Shown: positions 1 through 9,483 of the stretch, piece after piece
Position numbering within the stretch: position 1 is the stretch's first letter
Layout: the number at the start of each line of letters is the position of its first letter
Assembly: GCA_040901675.1 (NCBI GenBank)
Contig: JBBDYJ010000001.1
Location: 75,618 to 139,617, forward strand
DNA from: Pirellulales bacterium
Lineage (GTDB): Bacteria; Planctomycetota; Planctomycetia; Pirellulales; JAICIG01
Direction of reading: 5' to 3'
Length of the DNA: 64,000 nucleotides
Position numbers and translations under genes: made by a program
Notes under the pieces: generated by a model
What the model was told of the DNA's origin: nothing
Databases searched by the model: none
The model's input: the letters and a program-made list of their open reading frames with translations, nothing else

Positions 1-2
1 CG

Positions 3-3000
3 CTGGCCTGGCTGGAAGCCAAGGTGGGCACGCAGTCGCTATCCGTGCAGGTGCCCGGCGCCGAGCAATGGGCCATGTACCGTGGCGGGCCCGGCCGCAA
101 CGCCGCCAGCCTGGGCAGCAGCCCGCTGTTGAATCGGCGCTGGGCGGTTCCCACGGCCAACGACCCGGCCATCGAAGACACGCTGGCGCAGCTCCGCCAG
201 GGTTATCTCGACCAGGGACAGCGGGCCCTGCCGGCGCTGCACCCCTTGGCCGTCAACGGATTCGTTTTCATGCGGTCGGTAACCGGCCTGGAAGCGATCG
301 ACTTCCGCACCGGAAAGCGGATCTGGAACGGTCCGGTGGACGAGTCGGTCGAACAGTTGCTCGATCCGGCCAACGATGGCCCGCAGGCCCGCGGGGCAAG
401 CTCGCTGGCCGCCTGGCTGCCGCAGCGCGTCTGGGACGACGCCACCTATGGCACGCTGTCCAGCGACGGCGAGAACGTGTACTGCATCGAGGACCTGGGC
501 GTCGGCCTGGGAATCGTCAGCCCGCCCCAGATCATCCTCCACAACGGCCGCATGATGGAGCAGCAAGCGGGTCCGCGCAGCTACAACCGGCTGGCGGCCT
601 ACGAAATCGCCACGGAAGGAAAGCTGAAGTGGGACATCGGCTCGCAGCCTGGCGACACCCAGATGCCGCTGGCCGGCGCCTTTTTCATGGGGCCTCCGCT
701 GCCGCTGGCCGGCCACTTATACGCGTTGGTCGAAATCAAGAACGAGATCCGGCTGGTGGCACTCGACGCGCGGACCGGCACCCCGCAATGGTCGCAGCAA
801 CTCGCCGTGCTGGAACAAGCCCTGACGGAAGACCCGCTGCGGCGGCTGACCGGCGTTTCTCCTTCCTATTCCGATGGCGTGCTGGTCTGCCCCACCTCGG
901 CCACGGCGGTGGTGGCGGTCGACTTGACCACGCGTTCGTTGCTCTGGGGATACCAGTACCCGCGGGCCTTCGACCCCATGTTCCAACAGCGGATGATGGC
1001 CATGCGGATGGGCGGCATGGGAGGCTCCGACGTCACCGAAACCGACCGCTGGAGCGATGCCAGCATCACGATTGCCGATGGATCGGTGCTGCTGACGCCT
1101 CCCGAGTCGATGCAGTTACACTGCCTCAGCCTGCTCGACGGCAAGCTGTTGTGGCAACGGCCCCGTGAAGACGGCCTGTACGTGGCCTGCGTGCACGATG
1201 GCAAAGTGCTGGTGGTCGGCCGGCGTGGACTGCGGGCCTATCGGCTGGACGACGGGCAACCGGCCTGGGACGAGCCGGCTTTGGCATTGCCGGCCGGCAG
1301 CACGCCCAGCGGGCGAGGGTTCTTCAACGGCGAGCGTTATTATCTGCCGTTGAGCACGGCCGAAGTGGCGGCGGTCGACGTGGCCAGCGGGCGGATCGTG
1401 GCCCGCTCCAAGTCGCGCAGCGGCACCGTGCCCGGCAACCTGATTTGCTACCACGGCGCGGTGATCTCCCAGGGCGTCGATTTCGTGGAGAGCTTTTACC
1501 AGCTCGACGACCTGCGGCGGCAGGTGGCGGCCACCCTGGCCGAGCACCCGGATGACGCCGACGCCCTGGCCCGCCAGGGCGAGTTGTTGCTCGAAGACGG
1601 CAAGCTGGGCGAGGCGGTCGTGAACCTCCGCCGGTCGTTCGAGCTGAAGCCCGATCAACGCACGCGCGAGCTGCTGGTCGATGCCTTGCTGGAAGGGCTG
1701 CGGCTCGACTTTGCCGGCAATCGCCGGCACGCCGGCGAAATCGAACGGCTGGTCGAGCAGCCGGCCCAGCGCGCCGCGTACCTGCGGCTGATTGCCGACG
1801 GTCTGCAGCAGGACGGCGAGATCGTGCCGGCCTTTGAGGCCTACCTGCGAATGATCCACCTCGGCTCGCAAGGCGATCCGCTGGAGCGGATCGACAACAG
1901 CCTCTCGGTGCGGCGCGACCGTTGGGTGCAGGCTCGGCTGGCGGCCTTGTACGAGACGGCCGACGCGAAACAACGCGCCGGCATCGACCAGGTGTTGGCC
2001 GCCCGGTTCGAGGCCGCCAAGGCCGCGGGCCAGCCGTCCGGCCTGCAGGAATTTGTCGGCTTTTTCGGCAGCCATCCGCTGGCCGACGAGGCCCGCCGGC
2101 TGGAAGCCCGCCGGCTGGTCGAATCGCAAGAGCTGCTCGCGGCCGAGATGCTGCTGCGGCGCTTGGAGCACTCCGCCGATCCGGAGCATCGCCGGGCGGC
2201 GGCCGCCAGCCTGCTGGCGCTGCTCTCGCAGGCCGGCCGACTGGACGAGGCGGATGCCTACTACCGGCAACTGGCTGGCCCCTGGGCCCAGCAGGTCTGC
2301 CTCGACGGCAAGACCGGACGGCAGGTGATCGACGAATTGTCGATCGGCGATGCGAGCCGCGCGCTCCTGGAGGGCCCGCCGGCCTGGCCGGAAGGTTTGG
2401 TCGAAACCGAAAACCAGAAAGCTCAGCCGATGGCGGCCTCTCGCAATTTCCCACTCGATTTCCGGGGGGCGTCGGAACCGTTCTTCGACCGCATGACGGT
2501 CGAGCTGGAACCGATGCAGCGGCTGCTCGTGGGGCGCGACGGCCTGGGCAACGAGCGATGGCGGGTCTCGCTGCGCGATCGCGGCGACGCCAACAACCTC
2601 GGCTTCAATTACGCGATCAGCCACGTCCGTGCGGAAGGTCACCTGCTCTTGGTCTCGATGGGCTACCAGCTCATGGCCATCGACACGTTGGGCAAGCCGG
2701 GAGCGCACACCGCCCGCGTCCTCTGGCAGCAGGACCTGATCGATTCGATGCCGGGGCTGCCCCGCAACGTCGGCGTACACGGCCGGATGATCCAGCGGCC
2801 GTGGGGCATCCCCCAGGTGATGGCGGCCGACGCGCAGAACCGGCCGCTCGGCAACGCGGGCCCGCTGTCGACCGAGATGATCTGCTTTCAGCGGATGCGG
2901 ACCCTGATGGCGGTCGAGCCGCTGTCGGGCGAGACCTTGTGGAGCCGCAACGACGTGCAACACGGCAGCGAAGTGTTCGGCGACGACGAGTTGCTGTTCG

Positions 3001-4073
3001 TCACCGCGCCCGGCGAAAGCGAGGCGCGTGTCTTGCGGGCACTGGACGGCCAGGAGCTGGGCCGCCGGCAGGTGCCGCCGGTGGAAGAGCGCGTTCTCAC
3101 GCTCGGCCGGTTGGTGTTGTCCTGGTCCAGCCGCGACGGCCGCTGGGCGATGACGCTTGCGGATGTCTGGCAGGGCAAGGAGCTGTGGCGGAAGGCGTTT
3201 TCGCTGGGCTCGAAAGTGTGGCCGCTGGGCACCGATTCGATCGGCGTGCTCCAGCGCGACGGCAGCTTCTCGCTTTTGTCGCTGCCCGATGGCGCGGCCT
3301 TGATTGAACAGCGCGTGGATGCCGAGCCCAATTTGAGCGAGATTTACGTGCTCGGCACGCCCGATCGGTACCTGTTGATCACCAACCGCCCCTGGCAGAA
3401 CAAGGCCGGAGTGAACATCACGCCGGTGCCTTCCCCCGGCAGCACGGTGATCAGCGGCACGGTGCACGGTTTTGATCGCGCCACCGGCCAGAAGGTGTTT
3501 TCCACGAAGATCGAGGGAAAAGGCCTCACGATCAACCAGCCGGCCGATCTGCCGATCCTGGTGTTTGCCGCCAATACCTATCAACAGGCGCCGCAGGGTC
3601 GAGGGAGCACCCAGAAAGGCAACGTGCTGTGCCTGGATAAACGCAATGGGCGCATCGTCCACGAGGAGGAGTTGCCCGGCTCGATCAACTCGGTCGACGT
3701 GACCAGCGATCCGCAGAAGCACGAGGTGGTGCTGCGGACGCTGCGGTCGAGTGTTCGCCTCCGGTTCAGCGACGAGCCATGGCCGATTGAAACGCCCGCG
3801 GCCGGCGACGGCCAGGCGGCCGCCGCCGGCGGGTCGACCACGGCGCGGGCTGGCCGGGCGATTGTCCGCGGCCTCAAAAAATTTGCGGCCGGCAACGGCC
3901 TGCCGATTGGGGACGACCCCTTCGATAAGCCCGGGCTGATCGGCGAACTCGAGTTGGAGGAAGACGTAGCCGAGGAACAGGCCGACGTCATCGAGGAAGA
4001 GCTGGATGTCATCGAGGCCCAACGGGAAATCGAAGAAGCTCAACAAGACGTTGCCGAGGAGCAAGAGCCATGA
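3..4073 (+). CDS. Large PQQ-like (BamB-type) beta-propeller repeat protein with TPR-like helical middle region; 5'-partial
   Basis: Frame is open from the window edge; 'WAMYRGGPGRN' start motif and repeated 'A.D..TG...W' propeller blades; acidic C-terminal tail; stop overlaps the next start (ATGA). Confidence 0.8.
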   Translation: MAWLEAKVGTQSLSVQVPGAEQWAMYRGGPGRNAASLGSSPLLNRRWAVPTANDPAIEDTLAQLRQGYLDQGQRALPALHPLAVNGFVFMRSVTGLEAIDFRTGKRIWNGPVDESVEQLLDPANDGPQARGASSLAAWLPQRVWDDATYGTLSSDGENVYCIEDLGVGLGIVSPPQIILHNGRMMEQQAGPRSYNRLAAYEIATEGKLKWDIGSQPGDTQMPLAGAFFMGPPLPLAGHLYALVEIKNEIRLVALDARTGTPQWSQQLAVLEQALTEDPLRRLTGVSPSYSDGVLVCPTSATAVVAVDLTTRSLLWGYQYPRAFDPMFQQRMMAMRMGGMGGSDVTETDRWSDASITIADGSVLLTPPESMQLHCLSLLDGKLLWQRPREDGLYVACVHDGKVLVVGRRGLRAYRLDDGQPAWDEPALALPAGSTPSGRGFFNGERYYLPLSTAEVAAVDVASGRIVARSKSRSGTVPGNLICYHGAVISQGVDFVESFYQLDDLRRQVAATLAEHPDDADALARQGELLLEDGKLGEAVVNLRRSFELKPDQRTRELLVDALLEGLRLDFAGNRRHAGEIERLVEQPAQRAAYLRLIADGLQQDGEIVPAFEAYLRMIHLGSQGDPLERIDNSLSVRRDRWVQARLAALYETADAKQRAGIDQVLAARFEAAKAAGQPSGLQEFVGFFGSHPLADEARRLEARRLVESQELLAAEMLLRRLEHSADPEHRRAAAASLLALLSQAGRLDEADAYYRQLAGPWAQQVCLDGKTGRQVIDELSIGDASRALLEGPPAWPEGLVETENQKAQPMAASRNFPLDFRGASEPFFDRMTVELEPMQRLLVGRDGLGNERWRVSLRDRGDANNLGFNYAISHVRAEGHLLLVSMGYQLMAIDTLGKPGAHTARVLWQQDLIDSMPGLPRNVGVHGRMIQRPWGIPQVMAADAQNRPLGNAGPLSTEMICFQRMRTLMAVEPLSGETLWSRNDVQHGSEVFGDDELLFVTAPGESEARVLRALDGQELGRRQVPPVEERVLTLGRLVLSWSSRDGRWAMTLADVWQGKELWRKAFSLGSKVWPLGTDSIGVLQRDGSFSLLSLPDGAALIEQRVDAEPNLSEIYVLGTPDRYLLITNRPWQNKAGVNITPVPSPGSTVISGTVHGFDRATGQKVFSTKIEGKGLTINQPADLPILVFAANTYQQAPQGRGSTQKGNVLCLDKRNGRIVHEEELPGSINSVDVTSDPQKHEVVLRTLRSSVRLRFSDEPWPIETPAAGDGQAAAAGGSTTARAGRAIVRGLKKFAAGNGLPIGDDPFDKPGLIGELELEEDVAEEQADVIEEELDVIEAQREIEEAQQDVAEEQEP

Positions 4074-5113
4074 TGCCCGCTGCAAGTTGGTCTGGCCGAA
4101 TCGCGCTGATGTTGTGCACGGCCGTCTGCTGGCAGGTGCTCGCCTCGCAGGCGCTGTCGGCCAAGCGCGACGAAAAAGTCGATCGGGTGGTGAACCGGGG
4201 CCTGGAGTGGATGGCCCGCACGCAGTCGCGGCTCGGCCATTGGGGCGCCAACGAGGGGCGCTATCCGACGGCCATGACCGCCCTGGCGGGCATGGCGTTC
4301 ATGGCGGAGGGCTCCACCACCACGCAGGGCAAGTATGCTGCCAACATCCGCAAGGCGGTCGACTACCTGGTCAGCCGCAGCCGGGCAAACGGCTTGATCG
4401 GCGACCCGCGCAGCGACGACCGCTACACCTACGGCCACGGCTACTCGATGCTGTTCCTGTCGCAGGTGCTCGGCGAGGAAGAAGACATTGACCGCCGCGA
4501 GACGTTGATCGAAGTGTTGACCAAGGCGGTACAGTTCACCGGCGAGGCCCAGACCGAGGCGGGGGGCTGGGGGTACGTGAGCGCCAGGGACGGCCACGGC
4601 TTCGACGAGGGTTCGACCACGATCACGCAGGTGCAGGGGCTGCGAGGCTGCCGCAACGCCGGGATCCCCGTGCCCAAGCAGATCATCGATAAGGCCGTCA
4701 AGTACATCCGCGACTGCACGCTGCCCGACGGAGGCGTGCAGTATAGTTCCAAGGGCGGCGGCGGCCGGCCGGCCATCTCGGCGGCGGCGATTGCCTGCCT
4801 GTTCAACGCCGGCGATTACGACAGCCAATACGTGCCCAAGCTCTTGAACTATTGCGAAAAGAACCTGGACAACATCCAGAACGAGGGCTTCGGCCATTGG
4901 CACTATGCCCACTACTACTACGCGCAGGTCTGCTATCGCGAGGGGAGTGAGAAGTGGATCCCCTACCGCGACAAGATCTATGCCAAGATCGTCTCCGAGG
5001 CAAACCCCAACGGCTCGTGGAACCAGGGTTACATCGGCCCGATCTACACCACCGCCATCAACCTGACGATTCTGCAACTGGAAAACGGCACGTTGCCCAT
5101 CTACCAACGCTGA
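4070..5113 (+). CDS. Prenyltransferase/squalene oxidase repeat protein (secreted alpha/alpha-barrel)
   Basis: Signal peptide; QW-like repeats [31 protein letters not shown]; no DxDD cyclase motif. Confidence 0.8.
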   Translation: MMPAASWSGRIALMLCTAVCWQVLASQALSAKRDEKVDRVVNRGLEWMARTQSRLGHWGANEGRYPTAMTALAGMAFMAEGSTTTQGKYAANIRKAVDYLVSRSRANGLIGDPRSDDRYTYGHGYSMLFLSQVLGEEEDIDRRETLIEVLTKAVQFTGEAQTEAGGWGYVSARDGHGFDEGSTTITQVQGLRGCRNAGIPVPKQIIDKAVKYIRDCTLPDGGVQYSSKGGGGRPAISAAAIACLFNAGDYDSQYVPKLLNYCEKNLDNIQNEGFGHWHYAHYYYAQVCYREGSEKWIPYRDKIYAKIVSEANPNGSWNQGYIGPIYTTAINLTILQLENGTLPIYQR

Positions 5114-5168
5114 CAGGCTTCGGCGCCGGCCTTGCCCGGCGTGCCGCAGCGGACCCAAGGGAGCTTTG

Positions 5169-6221
5169 ATGACAGAACAATTCGATGCCCAGGAGTCGGC
5201 CGCCATCCGCGAGTTGGGCGCCGCCCGCGAGCGGATCCTGGAACAACTGGCCCAGGTCATCGTCGGACAGGGACACGTGATCGAGGAGCTGCTCATCTCG
5301 CTCTTCAGCCGGGGTCACTGCCTGCTGGAAGGCGTGCCCGGCCTGGCCAAGACCTTGATGGTCAGCACGCTGGCCCGCACGCTGAACCTTTCGTTCAGCC
5401 GCGTCCAGTTCACGCCTGACCTGATGCCCGCCGACATCACCGGAACCGAAATCATCGAAGAGAACCGCGGCACCGGCTCCCGCGAATACCGCTTTCTCGA
5501 AGGGCCCCTCTTCGCCAACGTGATCCTGGCCGACGAGATCAACCGCACGCCTCCCAAGACGCAGGCCGCCCTGCTGGAGGCGATGCAGGAGCGGCAGGTC
5601 ACCGTGGGGCGGGTGCGGCACCCCTTGCCCGACCCGTTCTTCGTGCTGGCCACGCAGAATCCGATCGAGCAGGAAGGCACATACCCGCTGCCCGAGGCGC
5701 AGCAGGACCGCTTCATGCTCAAGGTGTTCGTCGACTATCCCAACTTCGAGGAGGAGTTCGAGATCGCCCGCCGTACCACGACCACGCTGTCGGATCACGT
5801 CGTGCCGGTGCTGACGGCCGAGCAGATCATCCAGTTGCAGGGCATGGTTCGCGAAGTGCCTGCCTCCGACCACGTCATCCGCTACGCCTTGTCGCTGGTT
5901 CGCCAGACGCGGGTGGGCGAGGTCGGCGCGCCGGACTTCGTCAGCGAACAGTTGAACTGGGGCGCGGGACCCCGGGCGGTGCAGAACATGATCCTGGGCG
6001 CCAAGGCCCGGGCCCTCTTGCACGGCCGGACCCATGTCTCCACCGACGACGTCGCCGCGCTGGCCAGGCCCGTGCTGCGGCACCGGATCGTCGTCAACTT
6101 CGCGGCCGAGAGCGAAGGGGTGACGAGCGACCAGTTGATCGATCGCCTGATCGAGATCACCCCGACCAAAGAGGACGAGCTCACCCGCGATGCCCGATTC
6201 CAGAAGATTTTTGCATCCTGA
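5169..6221 (+). CDS. moxR: MoxR-family AAA+ ATPase
   Basis: Walker [24 protein letters not shown], Walker [31 protein letters not shown]. Confidence 0.95.
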   Translation: MTEQFDAQESAAIRELGAARERILEQLAQVIVGQGHVIEELLISLFSRGHCLLEGVPGLAKTLMVSTLARTLNLSFSRVQFTPDLMPADITGTEIIEENRGTGSREYRFLEGPLFANVILADEINRTPPKTQAALLEAMQERQVTVGRVRHPLPDPFFVLATQNPIEQEGTYPLPEAQQDRFMLKVFVDYPNFEEEFEIARRTTTTLSDHVVPVLTAEQIIQLQGMVREVPASDHVIRYALSLVRQTRVGEVGAPDFVSEQLNWGAGPRAVQNMILGAKARALLHGRTHVSTDDVAALARPVLRHRIVVNFAAESEGVTSDQLIDRLIEITPTKEDELTRDARFQKIFAS

Positions 6222-7092
6222 GGCGATCCGCCGGCTGACGCGGCTCGACATCCGCGCCCGCTACATCGTCGAGGGATTCCTGTCGGGGGCCCACCGCAGT
6301 CCGTACTTCGGGCAGTCGGTCGAGTTCCTCCAGCACCGCCAGTACGCCCCCGGCGACGACCTGCGCCGCATCGACTGGAAGGTCTGGGCCAAGCAGGACC
6401 GTTATTACGTCAAGCAGTACGAGGAAGACACCAACCTCCGCTCGATCCTGCTGGTCGATGTCTCCGGCAGCATGCGCTACGGCTCCGGGGCGCTGAACAA
6501 GTTCGAGTACGCGGCCACCGTCGCCGTCAGCCTGGCCTATCTGTTGTTGCGGCAGCAGGACGCCGTGGGCTGCGTCCCCTTCGACGAGGGGCCGCGGACC
6601 ACCGTGCCGCTGCGCACCAAGCGCAACCACCTCAACTCGATCATCTCGGCGCTGGACGTCAGCGACCCCAGGGAAAAGACCGACCTGGCCCGGATCATGC
6701 GGCACGTGGCCGACAGCTATCCCCGCCGGGGCATGGTGCTGGTCATCTCCGACCTGCTGGCCGACCGGGCCGGTTTGTTCAAGGGGCTGCGGCTGTTGCG
6801 GCAGCGCGGGCACGACGTGATGGTGTTCCACGTGATGGACGACGACGAGCTCGACTTTCCCTTCAACGGGCCCACGCGTTTCGAGGGTTTGGAGATTCCC
6901 GAGCACCTCAACTGCAACCCCCGCGCGCTGCGGGAAGGATACCTCGAAGCCGTCGGCGGCTACCTGGACGAAGTCCGCCGGGGCTGCGCCAAGCACGTGG
7001 TCGACTACGCACTGGTGCGGACCAGCCAGCCGCTCGACGCGGCCCTGGCCACTTACTTGAGCAACCGATTAGGCATGCACAGCCGCAATTGA
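6190..7092 (+). CDS. DUF58 domain (vWA-like) protein
   Basis: G.HRS...[21 protein letters not shown] motif, DVSGSM, ISD; directly follows moxR. Confidence 0.92.
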   Translation: MPDSRRFLHPEAIRRLTRLDIRARYIVEGFLSGAHRSPYFGQSVEFLQHRQYAPGDDLRRIDWKVWAKQDRYYVKQYEEDTNLRSILLVDVSGSMRYGSGALNKFEYAATVAVSLAYLLLRQQDAVGCVPFDEGPRTTVPLRTKRNHLNSIISALDVSDPREKTDLARIMRHVADSYPRRGMVLVISDLLADRAGLFKGLRLLRQRGHDVMVFHVMDDDELDFPFNGPTRFEGLEIPEHLNCNPRALREGYLEAVGGYLDEVRRGCAKHVVDYALVRTSQPLDAALATYLSNRLGMHSRN

Positions 7093-7164
7093 ATCGCCCG
7101 ATCCGCGTCCGGAACAGTCCCGCAAGGGCAACCATTTTTTAACAACCGCGAACCCGCCCCACCG

Positions 7165-9483
7165 ATGCCCACCTTTGTCAATCCGGCGCTGCTCTGGGGA
7201 TTGCTGATCCTCGCGGTGCCGGTCCTGATCCACCTGATCAACCTGCTGCGGCATCGCCGCGTGCCGTGGGCGGCCATGGAGTTCCTGCTGGCCAGCCAGC
7301 GCAAGAACAGCACCTGGATCCGCTTGAAAGAGCTGCTGCTCTTGTTGACGCGGATGGCGGCAATTGCCGCCATCGTGCTCTTGTTGGCCCAGCCCCGCTG
7401 GCAGCACCGGCTGAGCAGCCTCTTTGGCGGCCAGCGGACGCACCACATCGTGCTGCTGGACGACAGTTTTTCCATGGCCGACCGCTGGGCCGATACCAGC
7501 GCCTTCGACCAGGCGATCCGCGTGGTGCAGCGGATCGGCGAGCAGGCGTCCGGCGAACCGGGCGCGCAGAGCTTCACCCTCTTGCGTTTCTCCCAGGCCG
7601 GCGCCGGTGCATCCGATAGCCGGCCCGACTTCCTCAAGGCCTCCATCGATACCCGCTTCGGCAGCCAGCTCAAGGAAGCGCTCGGCCGGATGCGGCCCTC
7701 GCAGATGGCGGTCGGACCCGGCGAGGCGGTCAAGGCGTTCGAGCAGTTAGTCGGCCCGGCCGACGACGAGGACCGCGTGGTCTACCTGGTGTCCGATTTC
7801 CGTGCCGCCGATTGGGACCAACCCGGCGAGCTGGCCAAGGCCCTAGCCCGGCTCGACCAGTCGCGCGCCGCCCTGCGGCTGATCGACTGCGTGGACATGG
7901 CCCGCCCCAACCTGGCCATCACCGACCTGGCGCCGCAGCCGGGCACGCAGGCGGCCGGCGTGCCCTTGGCGATGGCCGTCACGGTCAAGAACTTCGGCAG
8001 CGACGCGGTGCGCGGCGTCTCCGTGCTGCTCGAAGAAGACGGCCGGCCCCGCGGCGCGGTCGAAATCGACCACGTCGCTCCGGGCGAGAGTGAGACCCGG
8101 CGGTTCGCCGTCTTCTTTTCCACCGCCGGCGACCACGTGGTGGCCGCCAGCCTGGAAAGCGACGCGGTCGAGATCGACAACGCGCGCTACTGCCTGGTCG
8201 ACTTGCCGCCCGCCGTGCCCGTGTTGCTGGTCGACGGTGCCGCCGGCACTCCGCACGCCCGCTTCCTGGCGGCGGCGTTGGCACCGGGCGGCGCGGTCAA
8301 CACGGGCATCAACCCGCGCATCGAGCCGCCTGCCTACCTCAACAACAACCCGCTCGACAAGTTCCAGGCCGTTTACCTGCTGGACGTGCCCCGCCTCGAC
8401 CAGCCGGCCATCGATGCGCTGGAAGAGTATGTCCGCGCGGGCGGAGGCCTGGGCGTGTTCCTGGGCGACAACGTCCGGGCCCCCTTCTACAATCAAAAGC
8501 TGTACCGCGGCGGACAAGGCTTGCTGCCGATGCCGCTGGCGTCCAAGATCCAACTGCTGGTCGACCGGCTGGAAACGGGGCCCGACCTGGAAGTGGCGGT
8601 CCGCCATCCGGTGTTCAAGATCTTCGCCGGCGAACGCAACAGCTTCCTGGCGGCCGTTTCAGTCGACTGGTACATCGCGACGCCCAAGGATTGGCAGCCC
8701 GAGACCGACTCGACGGCCGAAGTGGTCGCCCGCCTGCGCAACGGCGCCCCGTTGGCCGTCGAGCATCAATTCGGCGCCGGCCGCGTGATGGTGTTCACGA
8801 CGACGGCCGCGCCCCTCTGGAACAACTGGGGCCGCAACCCCAGCTTTGTCGTGGCCGTGCTGGAGATGCAGTCGCACCTGGCCGGGTCGGCCGCCCGCGA
8901 GGCCCCGCGGCTGGTCGGCTCGCCCATCCAGGTCCAGCTCGATCCGGCCCGCTATCGACCGCAGGTCCGCCTGGTCGCGCCGTCCGGCCCGGAGCCGGGC
9001 AGCGGGGCAGCAGGCGGCGGCGAGCCCGGCCCCGCGGCCGAGGGAACGGGACAAGTTCCAGGGGCAGGGGCTGACGTTGTCGCGGGCGCGCCGCCGGCTG
9101 TCGATGGCGTGCCGCTGGTGATCGACGCCGCCCAGGGTCCGGAGGGATTGACGGCCTCGTTCCCGCGGGCACAGCGCCGCGGCGTGTACGAGCTCGTGTT
9201 GACCACGGCCGAAAACAAGCCGGAGGTCCGCCGCCTCGTGTTCAACGTCGAAGCGGCCGAGGGCGACCTGGCCATCATCGGCGGCGACGAGCTGGCTTCC
9301 CGGCTGCCCGGCGTCCGCTACGAGTTCCGCCAGGCGGCCGATTTCCATTTATCGCCGCGCGAGCTGGCCGGCGCCAACCTGGGTCATTGGGTCCTGTATC
9401 TGCTGGTGGCCCTGTTGTTGGGCGAGCAAGCCCTGGCGTATTCGGCCAGTTACCATCCACCGGCCAGGGAGGGCGCGCCTTGA
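7165..9483 (+). CDS. BatA N-terminal domain / vWA / CARDB-like membrane protein
   Basis: N-terminal F.NP..LWGL..LAVPVLIHL...W.AM.FL (BatA-like); MIDAS DDSFS; Ig-like and glutamine-amidotransferase-like segments; C-terminal TM helix. Confidence 0.85.
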   Translation: MPTFVNPALLWGLLILAVPVLIHLINLLRHRRVPWAAMEFLLASQRKNSTWIRLKELLLLLTRMAAIAAIVLLLAQPRWQHRLSSLFGGQRTHHIVLLDDSFSMADRWADTSAFDQAIRVVQRIGEQASGEPGAQSFTLLRFSQAGAGASDSRPDFLKASIDTRFGSQLKEALGRMRPSQMAVGPGEAVKAFEQLVGPADDEDRVVYLVSDFRAADWDQPGELAKALARLDQSRAALRLIDCVDMARPNLAITDLAPQPGTQAAGVPLAMAVTVKNFGSDAVRGVSVLLEEDGRPRGAVEIDHVAPGESETRRFAVFFSTAGDHVVAASLESDAVEIDNARYCLVDLPPAVPVLLVDGAAGTPHARFLAAALAPGGAVNTGINPRIEPPAYLNNNPLDKFQAVYLLDVPRLDQPAIDALEEYVRAGGGLGVFLGDNVRAPFYNQKLYRGGQGLLPMPLASKIQLLVDRLETGPDLEVAVRHPVFKIFAGERNSFLAAVSVDWYIATPKDWQPETDSTAEVVARLRNGAPLAVEHQFGAGRVMVFTTTAAPLWNNWGRNPSFVVAVLEMQSHLAGSAAREAPRLVGSPIQVQLDPARYRPQVRLVAPSGPEPGSGAAGGGEPGPAAEGTGQVPGAGADVVAGAPPAVDGVPLVIDAAQGPEGLTASFPRAQRRGVYELVLTTAENKPEVRRLVFNVEAAEGDLAIIGGDELASRLPGVRYEFRQAADFHLSPRELAGANLGHWVLYLLVALLLGEQALAYSASYHPPAREGAP

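Noticed and set aside
1116..4085. 989-aa minus-strand ORF and other long antisense ORFs (9450-11591, 14387-16414, 21306-23201, 32423-34384, 36712-38481, 38554-40548, 56907-59117)
   Set aside because: Shadow ORFs opposite well-supported genes; expected in high-GC DNA, with no recognisable motifs.
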